From the human T2T-CHM13v2.0 reference genome, Homo sapiens: DNA of 64,000 nucleotides. Shown piece after piece: positions 1 to 13,796 of the stretch (the first letter of the stretch is position 1; each line of letters starts with the position of its first letter). The position numbers were made by a program, and so were the translations under genes. The notes under the pieces were generated by a model. The model was not told where the DNA came from. It was given only the letters and a program-made list of their open reading frames with translations, and ran no database searches. Location of the stretch: the NCBI RefSeq assembly GCF_009914755.1, contig NC_060930.1. The stretch is one strand, 5' to 3'.

Positions 1-99
1 GATGGCAGAATTTGTACAGTATGACTGCACTTCTAAAAAGTTCAAAAATGTGCAAAACTGAATGGATTTTGTTGTTATGGGTTTAATAAAAATGGTAAA

Positions 100-297
100 C
101 AGCAAAAAGGCCAGTGTGGCTGGAGCAGAGAGAAAGGCAGTAAGAGTGGGAGGATATGGTATCAGAAACATGGTGAGGCAGGCACAATGGGGTTAGGGCC
201 CACTGGCCATCATAGGCCTTGAGGTTTCCCCTGAGTGGAGTGGGGAGCCATTGCAGGCTTTTGAGCAAAGGAGTGACCTGATCCAACTAATGTTTTC
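100..297 (-). mobile_element. L2 LINE fragment
   Basis: Typical antisense L2 text: 'ggccagtgtggctggagcagag...ggggagccattgcaggcttttgagcaaaggagtgacctgatc'. Confidence 0.75.
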
Positions 298-970
298 AAA
301 GTCTGTATGTATGTCTAAATTGTGTCCATCTATGAAACAAATATATTGCCTACATGATAAAACATATGTAACAAATTAGACATATCACACACTAATATAC
401 CAAGCCATAAGCCATTCTTAGGGTGAAGTTCTTTGTTAATGACAGTGGATATACATTCACATTTCATATAGCTTTACTGATAGTTTTGAAATGCAGAAGC
501 TGGCCCTACCACTGCTGTTGTAGTCTCATCACATGGCTGACAAAGGGTTTGTCATGGGAGTAAGAAAATGCCAGTTTAGCTATTTCTCACCATCCACTTG
601 GGCTTGCCTTACAGATACTGTGTTCAACTTGTGGTTTTGCTGTAGGGATATGTTTAAGCAGTTTGTTCTTTTGTGGGGGTTAGTTTAGGTGACATTTGGT
701 AAGGTAATCTGCAGATATTCATCAGGACACCCATATAACAGCAATGCACATGACTGGAAGCAAAGCCACAGGCACCCTTCCTCTCCCCAACTCTCCACCC
801 CTGTCTGCATCTCTGAGGATTCCATGGAATAGAAGGTGAAGTCCTTGGACTGGATGGTTCCTATGGTACCTACAGGCCTATGAACATCAGGTCTGGAGGA
901 GAAAGGCATGTGCAGACAATGCCTTGGTCAGAGGGATAGGTACAAAATCCTCCAAAAGGGATGGTTTAGA

Positions 971-1324
971 GCTGCCATTCAGTACAGATGTCACTAGTCA
1001 TATGTACTATTATTGAGCTCTGGATGTGGCTAGTGCAAATTGAGATGAGCTTTAAGTGTAAAATACACCTGCATTTCAAAGACCTTGTTAAAAAGAACAG
1101 CAAAATATCTCATTAATTTTTTAAAAAGTGCATTTTTAGAGTGCATGTGAAAATAATATTTTTATACTATTGGGTTAAGTTTAATAAATTATTAACATTA
1201 ATTTTACCTGCTTTGTTTTTGCCCTTTTTTCCCTATTATTTGTTTAATGTGGCTACTAGACAGTTTTTTATTGCATACATGGTTCATGTTTGTGGCTCAC
1301 ATTATATTTCCATTGAATAGCACT
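971..1324 (-). mobile_element. MER33-like hAT-Charlie DNA transposon
   Basis: Matches the recalled MER33 consensus ('gtggctagtgcaaattgagatgagctttaagtgtaaaatacacc', 'tgtggctcacattatatttccattgaatagcactg'). Flanked by ggtttaga (963-970) and ggtctaga (1325-1332), a TCTAGA-like hAT target duplication. Confidence 0.8.
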
Positions 1325-2830
1325 GGTCTAGACAGAAAACCAGTTCCCTAAGTTATGGAAAAGTCCAAATTTATCAACATTATCAGCACCTTTTGTTCCA
1401 ATTGGTCTTGCCCATCATGTTCCCAATAATGGCCCCATTAGGTAAAGAAGCCTGTGGTGAATGCCTTTATGGCACATTGTGAAGGTGGTGCCCTGTGATT
1501 CAGGAAGGCGATGACTAATGAACTAGGGCTCTGCCATGTACTTGCCAAGTGACCTCAGAAACATCACCGGCACATTGCTTTCCTTCCTTGTCTGTAAAAA
1601 TGTGAAGGAAATTAATCATATAATATTCCATCTTTCTGGCTCTGGGTGCCTCCTTCCAGAAGTATTTGCACTTTTAAAACGGAGTCTCTAGAAGGCAATG
1701 CTCAACCCAAATTAAGAAATGCCAAATGGCAAAACTTCAGGCCCCAGTGGAGGAGGAGTTTTGGAGTAGAGAAGATCCTCCCGGGTCCCTGCAAATCACA
1801 GCTCAGATTCTATGTGAACCTGATAAACATATAGGAACTCACAGGACAGACTGACCCTGTGAGAAGTAGTAGGCTGGGATGGAGATTCCAGATGGGTCTT
1901 CATTTGTACCACCAAGCACATGCTGTCGATTTAAGCTGCATGGTCAGGCTATTATTTCATGAGCACATCCTCCTCTGGCAGACACACACACACTTCCATA
2001 AGTGCAAACATCCACATGCACACACAATGAGACAGCAGAAAGTGCTTAAAAAAGCAGCCTCCCAGTCCAAGAGGAAAGTATCCCTCACTTAGAGAGACAG
2101 AGGGCCAGGAAGAGGTCTCCAGGAGCCTCAGGAAGCAGGTGGCACGCTGCCAGGTCATGCATAGGAGCCTGATCCAAGGCCAGTGAGGCAGAGCAGCAGA
2201 AGCCGCAGGGCATCCAGAGACAAACAAATAATGAGCTGGCAGCTCCAAGAGAAGTGGCAAAGCTAACTGCATACCTGACAATGGTAAGCAGTTAGGCAAA
2301 ATGGAGAGTTCCAGCAGGGAAAAACCTACAGTTATTACAGTGGGCCTGGCTCTGAAAAGTGAGGGGAAAGGGCACTTAAGAAAGGAGAGATTCTTCCCCA
2401 AAAATAGCAGCTGTGAGATGGAGAAGGGATGGGTGCCCACATTTGTGCATTCACTTCATTCGACGCCATGTGGACAAACAGATCATTTACAATGCTTTGA
2501 ACACAGACAGATAAATTAAAATGAAGTTCCCCTTAAACCACCCTTATCAATCCAAGCTTTATCCAACTCCAAATTCTACCTCCTCCAGGAAGCCTTCCTT
2601 TCCCAGCAACTGCAGTCATAAATGGTCTTGCTATGAATTTCCAAAGCAATTTAAAGCAGATAGTCAGGGCCAGATCTAGGGGGAGAAATCAACTGAACAC
2701 CTCACATACAAAAAATCAACTTAATTTAAAATTGTTTATTTTTTGTTCAGAAAGAAAACATTCACCTCTTTTTTAAATTAAAACAGTAAGCATCTAATTT
2801 TATGAAATTAGTACTAGATAGAATATATTA

Positions 2831-2993
2831 AAGGGTAGGAGAAAGACAAAAAGAAATGAGATGGGAGGAAAAGGAAGAGAGTAACAAAATAAGTGGAAAA
2901 GGGAGCAGTAGATGGAGGAGAGAGAAAGATAGACAGGAAGAGAGAAACAATTACATGAACGAAGAACTAAAGAAGAAAGAAAGGCTGGAAGGA
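2831..2993. repeat. GA-rich low-complexity polypurine tract
   Basis: About 160 bp almost entirely A/G on the + strand. Confidence 0.7.
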
Positions 2994-3019
2994 CTTGCTG
3001 TACACTCAGAATGTCACCT

Positions 3020-4440
3020 TTAAAAAGAATATGTATTCTGCTATGGACTTTTTCTAAAAATGTTCATTAGGTCAAATTGGTTACTCGAGTTGTTTAGGTC
3101 TTCCATAACCTTATTGATTTTACATCTAGTTGTATCAATCACTGAGAGAGGCATGCCGGAGTCTCCAACTATGATAGCATGTTTTCTGTTTCATCCTCCA
3201 GTTCTGTCAATTCTTCCTTTATTTATTTTCAAGTTTTATGGTAGGATGCGTATATGTTTAGAATTGTAATGTCTTTTGGTGAATTGACCCTTTTGCTCTT
3301 CTGTAGTATTCTTCTTTTCCCTTGTAACTTTCCATGTTATGAAATCTATCTTTTCTGACATTAATCTAACTACTTCAACTATGTTTTTAAATTATGGTAA
3401 ACTACACATAACATAAAATTTACCACCTTAGTCACTTTTAAGTGTTCAGTGATGTTTAGTGGTGTTAAGTATATTCACATAGTTGGGCAACCAATCTCCA
3501 GAATGTTTTTATCTCGCAAAACTGAAACTCTGTACTCATTAAGCAACATTTCACCCATTTTCTTCTCCCCACAGCCCCTGTCAACAACCATCCTACTTTC
3601 TTCCTCTATAAATTTGACCATTCTAGATACTGTATACAAATGGAATTATACTGTATTTGTCTTTTTTGACTGGCTGATTTCAGTTAGCATAATTTCCTCA
3701 AGAGTCAACCATGTTGTAGCATGTGTCAGAATTCCCCTCCTTTTTAAGGCTGAATAATATTCCATTGTGTGGCTAGGCCATATTTCATGTATCTATCCAG
3801 CTGTCTATGCACATTTGGGTTGCTTGTACCTCTTGGCTGTTGTACATAACGCTGTGAACATGAGGGTACAAATATCTCTTGGGAACTGGTTTTCAATTCT
3901 TTTGGATCTATACCCAGAAGTCAAATTGCTGGATTGTATAATAATTCTATTTTAAATAGAACCACCAGACTTTTTCCATATTGGCCACACCACTTTATAT
4001 CACTTCAGTTATCTCTTGATTACTGTTTGAATGGTACATATTCTCCATTATTTACTTTTAAACTAAACCTATTTGTATTTTTATATTTAAAGTCTGTCTC
4101 ATAGACAACATAGAGGTGGGATGTTGTTTTGTTGTTATTTTCCACTCTGACACTCTCGGTGTGTTAAGACCATTTATATTTCATGCGATTTTATGTAATT
4201 TAACTGACATGATTGAATTTAGATCTATCGTTTCATTAGTTTTCCCTCTCTGTTTCTTGCTCCTGTTTCCCCTTTCCTGCCTTCTCTTGCATTATTTGAA
4301 TATTTTTAGTATTATATTTTAATATACCTTTTAACTTTTTAGCTATCTCTCTTCATATTATTTTTAATGGTTTCTCTATAAAGTGTAATATACATGGACA
4401 TTTTTTCACAGTCCATTTAGAATTAATAGTTTACCACCTC
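3020..4440 (-). mobile_element. Ancient L1M fragment (ORF2 5' region), interrupted by a younger L1MB 3' end
   Basis: T-rich antisense L1 text ('aagaatatgtattctgct...actgagagagg...gtctccaactatgat', 'tttaaagtctgtctcatagacaacatag'). Confidence 0.7.
3383..3997 (-). mobile_element. L1MB-type 3' end nested in older L1M
   Basis: 'ttatggtaaactacacataacataaaatttacc...gcaaaactgaaactctgtactcattaagcaac...tttttaaggctgaataatattccattgtg' is a characteristic L1MB 3'UTR/ORF2 end. Confidence 0.8.
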
Positions 4441-6369
4441 AGGCAAAATATAAAAGCTAGGAATGTCCATTTTAAAGTGGCATCCAAGTGTAAAGGCAAG
4501 GTAAAGTAGAGTGTGTACTGTTTGTTTAGTACTGAAGTGGTGAATATGAATGCATACATGTTTGAACATGCATATAGTATTTCTGGAAGCCCACGCAAGA
4601 AATCCTTAGTAGTGACTGGCTCTGGGGAGGTCAAGGGTTGGAGGGAGGACAGGGATGGGAGCAGAGTTGTTTCTCATGGTAAATCTCCTTGTATCTTCAT
4701 TTTTTTTTTTACCAAGTTTACCTATTGCCTTCTCAGAAAATAATTTGCAGAAAGCTTTATCCATTTATTATTCAAATATATCCCTATAAATGTCAATAGT
4801 GACACAATTGTTGAAGATTTTACAAAAGCTCAAATTCTAAAAAATTTAGAAGTTCTGCTTTTAAAAGAATAATCTAAAGCAATTGAAATTATACTTCAGT
4901 GACCACAGCAATCTCTTTTAAAGAGTAAGATGAAGTTAAATTAAAGGTCCCAGAATCTCTTTATAGAGTCACTTCCAGCCTTTCTCATTTCAGTGGATGA
5001 CACAACATCTAAGCTCCAGTTATTGGTCTTAGTGAATCAGGGCTACCCTATTCTTCTTGCCAGTGATTGAATTACAGCTAAGCATGGGGCCACTGAGACC
5101 TGAGAGAAGTTCCACTGGAGCCCTTATGAGAATTCTTGCCCTTAAGATAAAGATCCCATTAAAGACAGCCCTATTTCTGCCTTTGGACATCACTGTGTTA
5201 GAATGTGTGGCCTAAAACTGCTGTAAAGAGGTGGAGGCAGAATCCTACCACCTACTCTCTCTTTGTTATGTGACTAATATCTTCCCTCTCTGTTTGATGT
5301 TTAAGAGTTTTTTTATTACTTGCAACTGATAGCTTTCTAACCAATATACCATCACTTTTTTTCATGTATTCATTATTCACATCCACATAAGCACTTCTAC
5401 ATGTGAGAGCTGAGATAGTCACCAGGAATACAGTATCGATAAATGCATGAGCCCTCGCTGCCTTCAAGGAGCCTATAGTCATGCATTCCTGCATCTGTCA
5501 TGTCCCCTGCTTGCACTTGTCTCTCCTGATCATTTCTGACCCTTTGTGGCTCACCTCTATAATATACACACCTAATTGTTTACCTTCTCTGTGAACTGCC
5601 ATGACTGACAACCCTTCCTCAATGCCATACACACCCTATGCTTTTGTTATAGCACTTTTCAGACTGCCTTGCAATCGCCTCTTCATTAGCCTGTGAGCTC
5701 CTATTGTGAACCCCCGAGGCAGCCACAGGGCCTGGATATTAATAATGCTTAGTCAGGCATCTGCTAACTAGCCACCCTAAGGACTGGGGGCACTGTGAAG
5801 GCAAGTTCAAATGTTGGGAAGAAGTCACCAGCTATTGCTTAGAAACCAGAGCAGGGGATGCAGGCAGGTCCTGAACTACAAGCCAAAAGATGAGAGAACA
5901 CAGAGAGGAAGGAGGGCCATATTGGCAAAGGACAAAAACCCCTGTCCCTCTTGGCCCTTCCTCCAAGCCCCAAACTCCTTGACTTCTCCTCCCAGAGGTC
6001 ACTGCACAACCAGGAATCCACCCAAAAGAAATATGAAGCTTTCATCTGTTTAGCTGTTTGGCTGGATGGGCCCTTGTTTTTATACTCACGGGTCTAGTTA
6101 GGTAACACTCTTCCCTTTCACCAAAGTTCTGCAGCCCTCCACCCCCACCCTCCTTGATCTTCAGACATGGCTCATTGTGTTTCTGGCCCTGCCTGCCTCC
6201 TTTCTAACCCATCCTTCTTAGTCAGTTCATCAGAAAGTGGTTTCCTGATTGATTCTTCTCAATGGGTTTTCTCAAAAGCCCTTTTAAATTAAATTATATT
6301 ATTTGTTCCAAGGTAACTAAAGCCAACATAAGCCAGCCCAAGTTCCAGTGCAGCTCAAACAGGTGACTT

Positions 6370-7255
6370 CTCATATGATGCAAAGGTTCTTAATTACAGA
6401 CCACAGAATTCACTCTAGTGGATTTAAACACAAGGGTCTTTATTAAGAGGTAAAAACAGTGAAGAAGGCTGAAGAAACAAATCTAGACGAATAGTTCTCA
6501 ACCCTTGCTTTACATTAGAATTGCCAAGAGAGCTTACAAAAATAAAATGCTCATGTCTTTGTTCAAGCCAATTAAATCAGAATTTGTAGTATTTTTTTTA
6601 AAGGTCCAAGTAATTCTAGTGTATAACCAAGATTCAGAGCTATTACTCCAGGCCAATGGGTCGCAACCTTGGCTACATACTGGAATCACCTGGGAAGTTT
6701 TAAAAATGCTGATGCCCAGGCACCACCCTTAGAGATTATGACTTAATCTGGGGTGTGGCCTTGGCACCTGCAGTGGTCAAAGCTTCCCAGGTGATTCTAA
6801 TTAGAGCCTTGGCAGAGCTCCAGTATAGTCTAGGCCAGTACTTCTCAACCTTGACTGGGTGTGTGAATCACCTGGGGGTGTAGCTGATTCTTTAGGAGTG
6901 GGCTGGTGCCTGGGATTCTACTCCTGATCTGTGGACAACAGTTTGAGATGCTAGGCATTAAACTGAACTTCCAGGATTGGCTCCCAAAATTACAGCACAG
7001 AATCGGGCCGCCTAAGGAGCTGCGGCCTCCCCTGCAACCAGGAAGCTGCGGTATCTGACATCTGCCACCAACAGCTGTTAGCAACAGAGCTAGCACTCCT
7101 GCAGTGACACCCACTGGCCAAGTAAATGTCCACACACTCCACCTCTCTGCTCAGTGACTTAGATCCAAATCCAAATCTTACCTGACTACAGCTGCTTGGT
7201 GGATCCTAAGGCCACACCCTGAATCTACCTGCAAAAGATGCCTGGGAAACATATT
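6370..7255 (-). mobile_element. Old MaLR LTR (MLT1J/K/L-like) split by MER5 insertions
   Basis: 'aggttcttaattacagaccacagaattcactctagtggatttaaacac' and 'ggccacaccctgaatctacctgcaaaagatgcctgggaaa' resemble old MLT1 LTRs. Strongly diverged. Confidence 0.45.
6489..6955. mobile_element. Three tandem MER5-family (hAT-Charlie) elements
   Basis: Three 'cagtggttctcaacc'-like starts at about 6489, 6654 and 6836, with 'gaatcacctggg' and 'ccaggtgattctaa' motifs. Separated by 8-bp atctagac / ctccaggc / gtctaggc. Confidence 0.7.
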
Positions 7256-7416
7256 TGCCAGCTCTTCAGTCTCAGCACGCTAGAGAGGGATTGAAACAAG
7301 TGTTGAATAAACCAATTAGCAGTTATGAGAACAGTGCCAGGAAAGTCACACTGCCTACCTTACTGAAGCCTGAAAGTCTACCATTTGAAAATAATTTCTT
7401 AAAATTAAGCACTGTT

Positions 7417-8150
<734 letters not shown>

Positions 8151-8843
8151 CTGCTTTATAAATGAATTAAAATCTGCTCTATGAAAACGCCCTGCAAATT
8201 GTGACAGATGCATGCATGAATTTATTCAACACAGATGTACCTAACCCTCTCCCCATTCTGAGCCCTGTCTCAGTTCTGTGGAAGGGCCATGGCATGGTCC
8301 CCAAGACTGTAAGACCCCATGCCACAATGTGGTGAGTGCAACCGCAGAGGTGGACACACAGAGCCCCAGAGCACAGAGGAGAGGGTGATTGGTTTAGTCT
8401 AAGGGGCCCCGAGAATGTGGTCTATAGAAGGCATTGTTTGAAGGGAGACTTAAGGAAGATGTAAAATTGTGCTTGGTGAAGAAGAACATTCCAGACAGAG
8501 AGAACAGCTTGTGTGGTCTGGGGCTTGAGAGAAGGCACAGTATGCTCTGAGCAGTATGAGATAATAAGATGGCCAGAGCAGAGGTCATGGTGTCGGGGGT
8601 ATACACCCACATGCATCTCCCTGAGCTCCCCACAACTCCCTGTTTGCGTGAGGATATACAGAGCAAATCATCACTGGATGGACTTTGAGGTTGGGAAGCT
8701 TTGATCTGAGATTCCCAGCTGTAGAGTGGTTCTCTTCTCCTGACCGAGTCCATCTGAAAAATGCCAAACAACAGGAACTACTAGACTCAGAGGTAGACCC
8801 AGCTGCACTTGATTATTGGTTTGCTTAGAAACACCTTGAACTA

Positions 8844-9147
8844 GGCTGGGTGCGGTGGTTCACGCCTGTAATCCCTGCACTTTGGGAAGCCAAGGTGGGC
8901 AGATCATGAGGTCAGGAGTTTGAGACCAGCCTGGCCAATATAGTGAAACCCCGTCTCTACTAAAAATACAAAAATTAGCCAGGTGTGGTGGCACGTGCCT
9001 GTAGTCCCAGCTGCTCAGGAGGCTAAGGCAGGAGAATCGCTTGAACCTGGGAGGTAGAGGTTCTGGTGAGCCAAGATTGTGCCACTGCACTCCAGCCTGG
9101 GCAACAGAGTGAGACTCCGTCTCAAAAAAAGTAAATTAATTAAAAAA
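8844..9147 (+). mobile_element. Alu (AluS, Sg-like), full length
   Basis: Dimeric Alu. TSD agaaacaccttgaact at 8827-8842 and 9148-9163. Confidence 0.97.
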
Positions 9148-9640
9148 AGAAACACCTTGAACTGAGGCAAAGAAGAAGCTAGACAACCTGTGCTCTTAAA
9201 ACACTATTGTGAAATTTTAGGACCTTTATCTGAAGAAACTGCTTCATGCTTTGAAGGAGTGATGGGTCCTCCCACCACTGCCCACCGCCCACTCCCAGGT
9301 ACTGCTGGGTTGAACAAAGGCAGAATGCTGAAGCCCACAGAGATGTCTCTGTCTGCATTCTCTCTCACCTTCCTCTTCTTAGGACCCCCCCTCTGCTGTG
9401 GGAGTTTAGATAGAGATACAAGCATTGAGAACACTGCAGCAGGCCAGAAAAGGGCAAAGGCATATTGGACAGGATCATGAAAGACATCATAGAGAGAGCC
9501 ATTTAGGCTGCACCTGATGGGCAAGAAGGACTCAGGTGGGGAATAGGAGGAGGAGGTCAGGGACAGGGAGAGATGACACCACAAGAGCATGAGAAAGGGA
9601 GATGGGAAACACAGAGGCAAGAGAGACAATTTCCAGAGAT

Positions 9641-10071
9641 GGTACATTCACCTCCCAGGCTGCTATAGCAACATACCACACTGGGTGGCTTAGAACAACA
9701 GAAACTAATTCTCTCATAGTTCTGGAGGCACAAAGTCTAAAATCAAGGTGCCATCAGGGCCATGCTCTCTCTGAAGACCCTAAGGAAAGATCCTTTCTTG
9801 CTTCTTTCTAGATCCTGGTATTCCTGAGCTTATAGAGACATCACTGCAAACTCTACCTGTGTCATCACATGGAAATCTCCTTGTGTGTCAAAATGTCCCT
9901 CTTCTTATAAGGATGCCAGTTATTAGATATAGGGCCCACCCTAATGCAGTATGACCTCATCTTCACATGATTACATTGGCAAAGACTATTTCCAAATAAG
10001 GTCATACATACAGGTACCAGGGATTTGGGACTTCAACATATCTTTTGAGAGACACAATTCAATACACAACA
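9641..10071 (-). mobile_element. MaLR solo LTR (MLT1B/C-like)
   Basis: 'ataccacactgggtggcttagaacaacagaaa...gggcccaccctaatgcagtatgacctcatc...gacacaattcaatacacaaca'. Confidence 0.85.
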
Positions 10072-11804
10072 GATATTAAATAAGTTTCCTCTTCTGAGGA
10101 AACTGTGGAAGTTTAGTTAAGAATTCTAAGGATGTCTCCAAGCTCAGAGATAGAAAGTAACAGATCTGCAGGGCTCTCCATAGTCACTGCAGGGGACTTA
10201 TGACAAGTGCCAGCCCTGCTCAGTTTAGACTTGGATCACAAGCAATGGAAAACGAGTGAATTTCATCAAAGGGTAGATCCTGTCCCTTTGGGGAGTCCTT
10301 CAGACTATTCTCAGGATGCTTCCAGCTCCAAAATTCCCCATCTGTACTGCAAGTCAGCCTGACTTTCCCAGGTCATCCACTTTGTGTATCTTCTCCCTCC
10401 TGCTCCCTCAGCCACCATCATCACCAGTCCTGTGTGCCATAAACTCAGGCTGAATTTCCTGGCTAATAAACTAGTCATTGCCAACAGCACAAATAGTTTC
10501 ATGTGCCAACTGGCCATTTGCTTCTTAATAAATGGGAGCTTCTTGAGACAAAATTCTTTAATATGGAGGACAGATTTAGCCCAGTGGGGCTTTATCATGT
10601 TCCTTAACCCACTAAGCATCTAGGAGAAGTGGGACCTGACCCTTAGAGTAATCCAGTGCTTTGGGGATTGGCTCCCCAACTCAGGGTTAACTGTGTGACC
10701 TAAACAGACCTTCAGGGTGACATGGTGGAGAAAAGGGTATAACCTATTTATGAAAAAGAAAAAATGCAGTAACCCAGGAATCGTCAGGCCTGAGCTTTAG
10801 TCCCAACTCTGCTCTCAGTTGCTGTATGATCTGCAGTGAGCTCTCATGTCTGCAAAACTCATTCTAGTAATTATCCGTGTGACCAGCAGCAGGTCCCTTC
10901 TCCCTGGGCCTTAGCTCTTCTTCCTCTCAGTGGGGGAATGAACAGAGGTCTCCTCTGGTTATGACATTTATTAGTGGTTTTTACAAGATGGTTTGACTCA
11001 AATCATATTTTAAAAATTCTTGTCTGTGCTTGAACACTTCAAATGTTTTATTACTAGATCTACAGTACATAACAAAGTAATTGTGTAATTAAGAGATAAT
11101 GTCAATGCTGTAGAACAATGTTGACAAGATAATAGCCTTCTGAAACCACATAAATGCCAAAGCAAGTGTACAGACTGATAGGTGGAAAAACAGAAAAACA
11201 AGTGGCAAATGGCCCACAAGCTCTTTGCAGTCCATGTTGGTTTATTTGCCTCTTTTCCCAGCTTCTGTCATGACATTCAAGTTCTGGTCTCCATCATGCC
11301 CCAGTTCCCAGGCATGTGGGTCAAGACTGAGAACGGCAGGTTTCATCTACGGTAGCTGGTCCCCATCGTCCCTTTACTTGCAGACTCACAGAAAATGAGT
11401 CCCATCGGCCCCCACGTCTGGAGGGGCTAGAGGTCATGTAGTTCAGACTCTCCTAGTGCCTGCCATTGCCAGATAAAGAAGATGAGACCAGAGTCAAGAA
11501 GGATTTGCTCTGGGGAACTTCTGAGCTGATTTATGGAAAAGAGCTGGAGCCCTGGATTCCTTCCCAGTTTGCCACTTCTCCTTACTCTAGCCAGAATGCC
11601 TTACTTAGATGCATTTTCTCAGTGGAGAGAAGGGAGCTGCAGGAGGTGGAGAAGGGATGGTTCACATGACCTTGAGGCCCAGAGGCATTTCCCTGCAAGC
11701 AGAAGGAGGGGATCAGGCATTGTCCTAACCAGGCAGCCTAGAAAGAGGAAAGTCATGGAGTGATACAACTATGAAGGTCATGAGTGGGGAGGAGGGCTTG
11801 TTAG

Positions 11805-12137
<333 letters not shown>

Positions 12138-13057
12138 TAGATGTTACAGTATTAAGAAGGGCTGTGCACCCTTGAATTTGAGGAAAGGTAAGAATGGAGC
12201 AAAGAGGGACCGTGCTCCTGGTTCATGGGCATGGAAAGAGGCTAGATCACCCTCTTTTGGAAAAAGAGACCTTATGTGCTGCAAAGAGTACTGGGTTTGG
12301 AGCCAGAAGAACTGAGTAGAAGCTAGTAATTTGTTCAGTGACTTTGAATGAATAACGGACTTCCCCTTTCTGGGCTATAGCTTCCTTAGCTCTGAAATGA
12401 GGGCAATGAACCCAATCAATAGTGCCCACATACCCTGAACTGAGGCTAATTTCCATTTCCAACTGCTCCCTGGGTGGTTAGCATGATTAGGGGGCTAGCT
12501 ACTCCTTGAAGCTTCTCCCAACGCTAGCATCCACAGATTCTAGGAAAAAATCAATTGATTCACAATGGTTTTGATAAATTCCTGGATACCAGAGCTATAA
12601 CAGGGTCCTAAGTATAGTTGTGGGGTTAAGTTGCACCAGACCTATGAGAATAATGTCAGGTGGACATGCAATCCCTTGATCTCCCTGTTGGACACAGAAG
12701 CCAGGATAAATGGCCCACAGGTCCAAAGAGGTTTCAGCCCTGTCCTCCCACTCCTCCATGCCTTTGAGCATGCTATTCCCTCCTCCCCACCTTGGCCCCC
12801 AACCCAACCCTCCTCTCCTCCCCTTCCTATTCAACTTGGGATACCAACTGGGGAATCTCTGCTGACTGCTCTGAGCTGATTAATTACTTTCTTTGTCACA
12901 CTGAATTATTTATATTGAGACCTGCCAGGATTGTTTGTTTTCAGATTTGTCTTGCAGATTAGACTTCTTGAGGGCAGAAACTGTCTTTTTGTCTCTCTAA
13001 ATTGGGTGATGATCATAGTGTCTGCACAGAGTAGGAGCCCAATAAACTGTTATTAAA

Positions 13058-13796
13058 TGACAGATACAGAAGGGGGCAGGGAAGTGCTGGGTAGAGAACG
13101 GCAGGTCCCTGGCGAGGGCTCCACCCCTGGTCCTGTGCCCATGGACCTAGGTGAGGACAGACACTCCTACCTTGGCGCCCAAATGTTGCATTTTCCAAGA
13201 CCACCTGGCCCGCCACGCCCCCATCCTGTGCCTATAAAAACCACGAGACCCTAGTGAGCACACACACAAGTGGCTAGACTTCGAGAGGAACACCTCGGCA
13301 GAAGAAGACACAAGTGTCTGGACATCGAGAGGATGTCAAGGGGAGCACATCGGTGGAAGAGCACATGACAGACGCCGGCACACCAGCAGGCCACTGACCG
13401 GCAGAAGGACGCAGAGTTTGGCCAGGGCGATCGGAGAAGAGTCCGGCCAGCCAGTGGACGACTCCAGAGGAAAACCATCTCCTTTCCGGCTCCCCCATCT
13501 GCTGAGAGCTACTTCCACTTAGTAAAACCTTGTGCTCCTTCTCCAAGCCCACGTGAGATCTGATTCTTCCAGTACACCAAGGCAAGAACCCTGGGATACA
13601 GAAATTCCTCTGTCCTTGTGATAAGGCAGGGGTCTAATTGAGCTGACTACCACAAGCTGCCTACGGATGGCTAAACTAAAAGAGTACCCTGTAACACATG
13701 CCCACTGGGGCTTCAGCTGTAAACATTCACCCCTAGACACTGCCATGGGGTCAGAGCCCCACAGCCTGCCTGTCTGTATGCTCTCCTCCCATTTCA
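13058..13796 (+). mobile_element. ERV1 solo LTR, LTR1 family
   Basis: Matches the recalled LTR1 consensus ('gatacagaagggggcagggaagtgctgggtagag...ccacgcccccatcctgtgcctataaaaacc'). Has TG...CA ends (ends 'cccatttca'), a GC box near 13213 and TATAAAA at 13233. Confidence 0.88.

Noticed and set aside
538-554. Inverted repeat TGACAAA-GGG-TTTGTCA
   Set aside because: Seven-bp arms are expected by chance many times in 64 kb.
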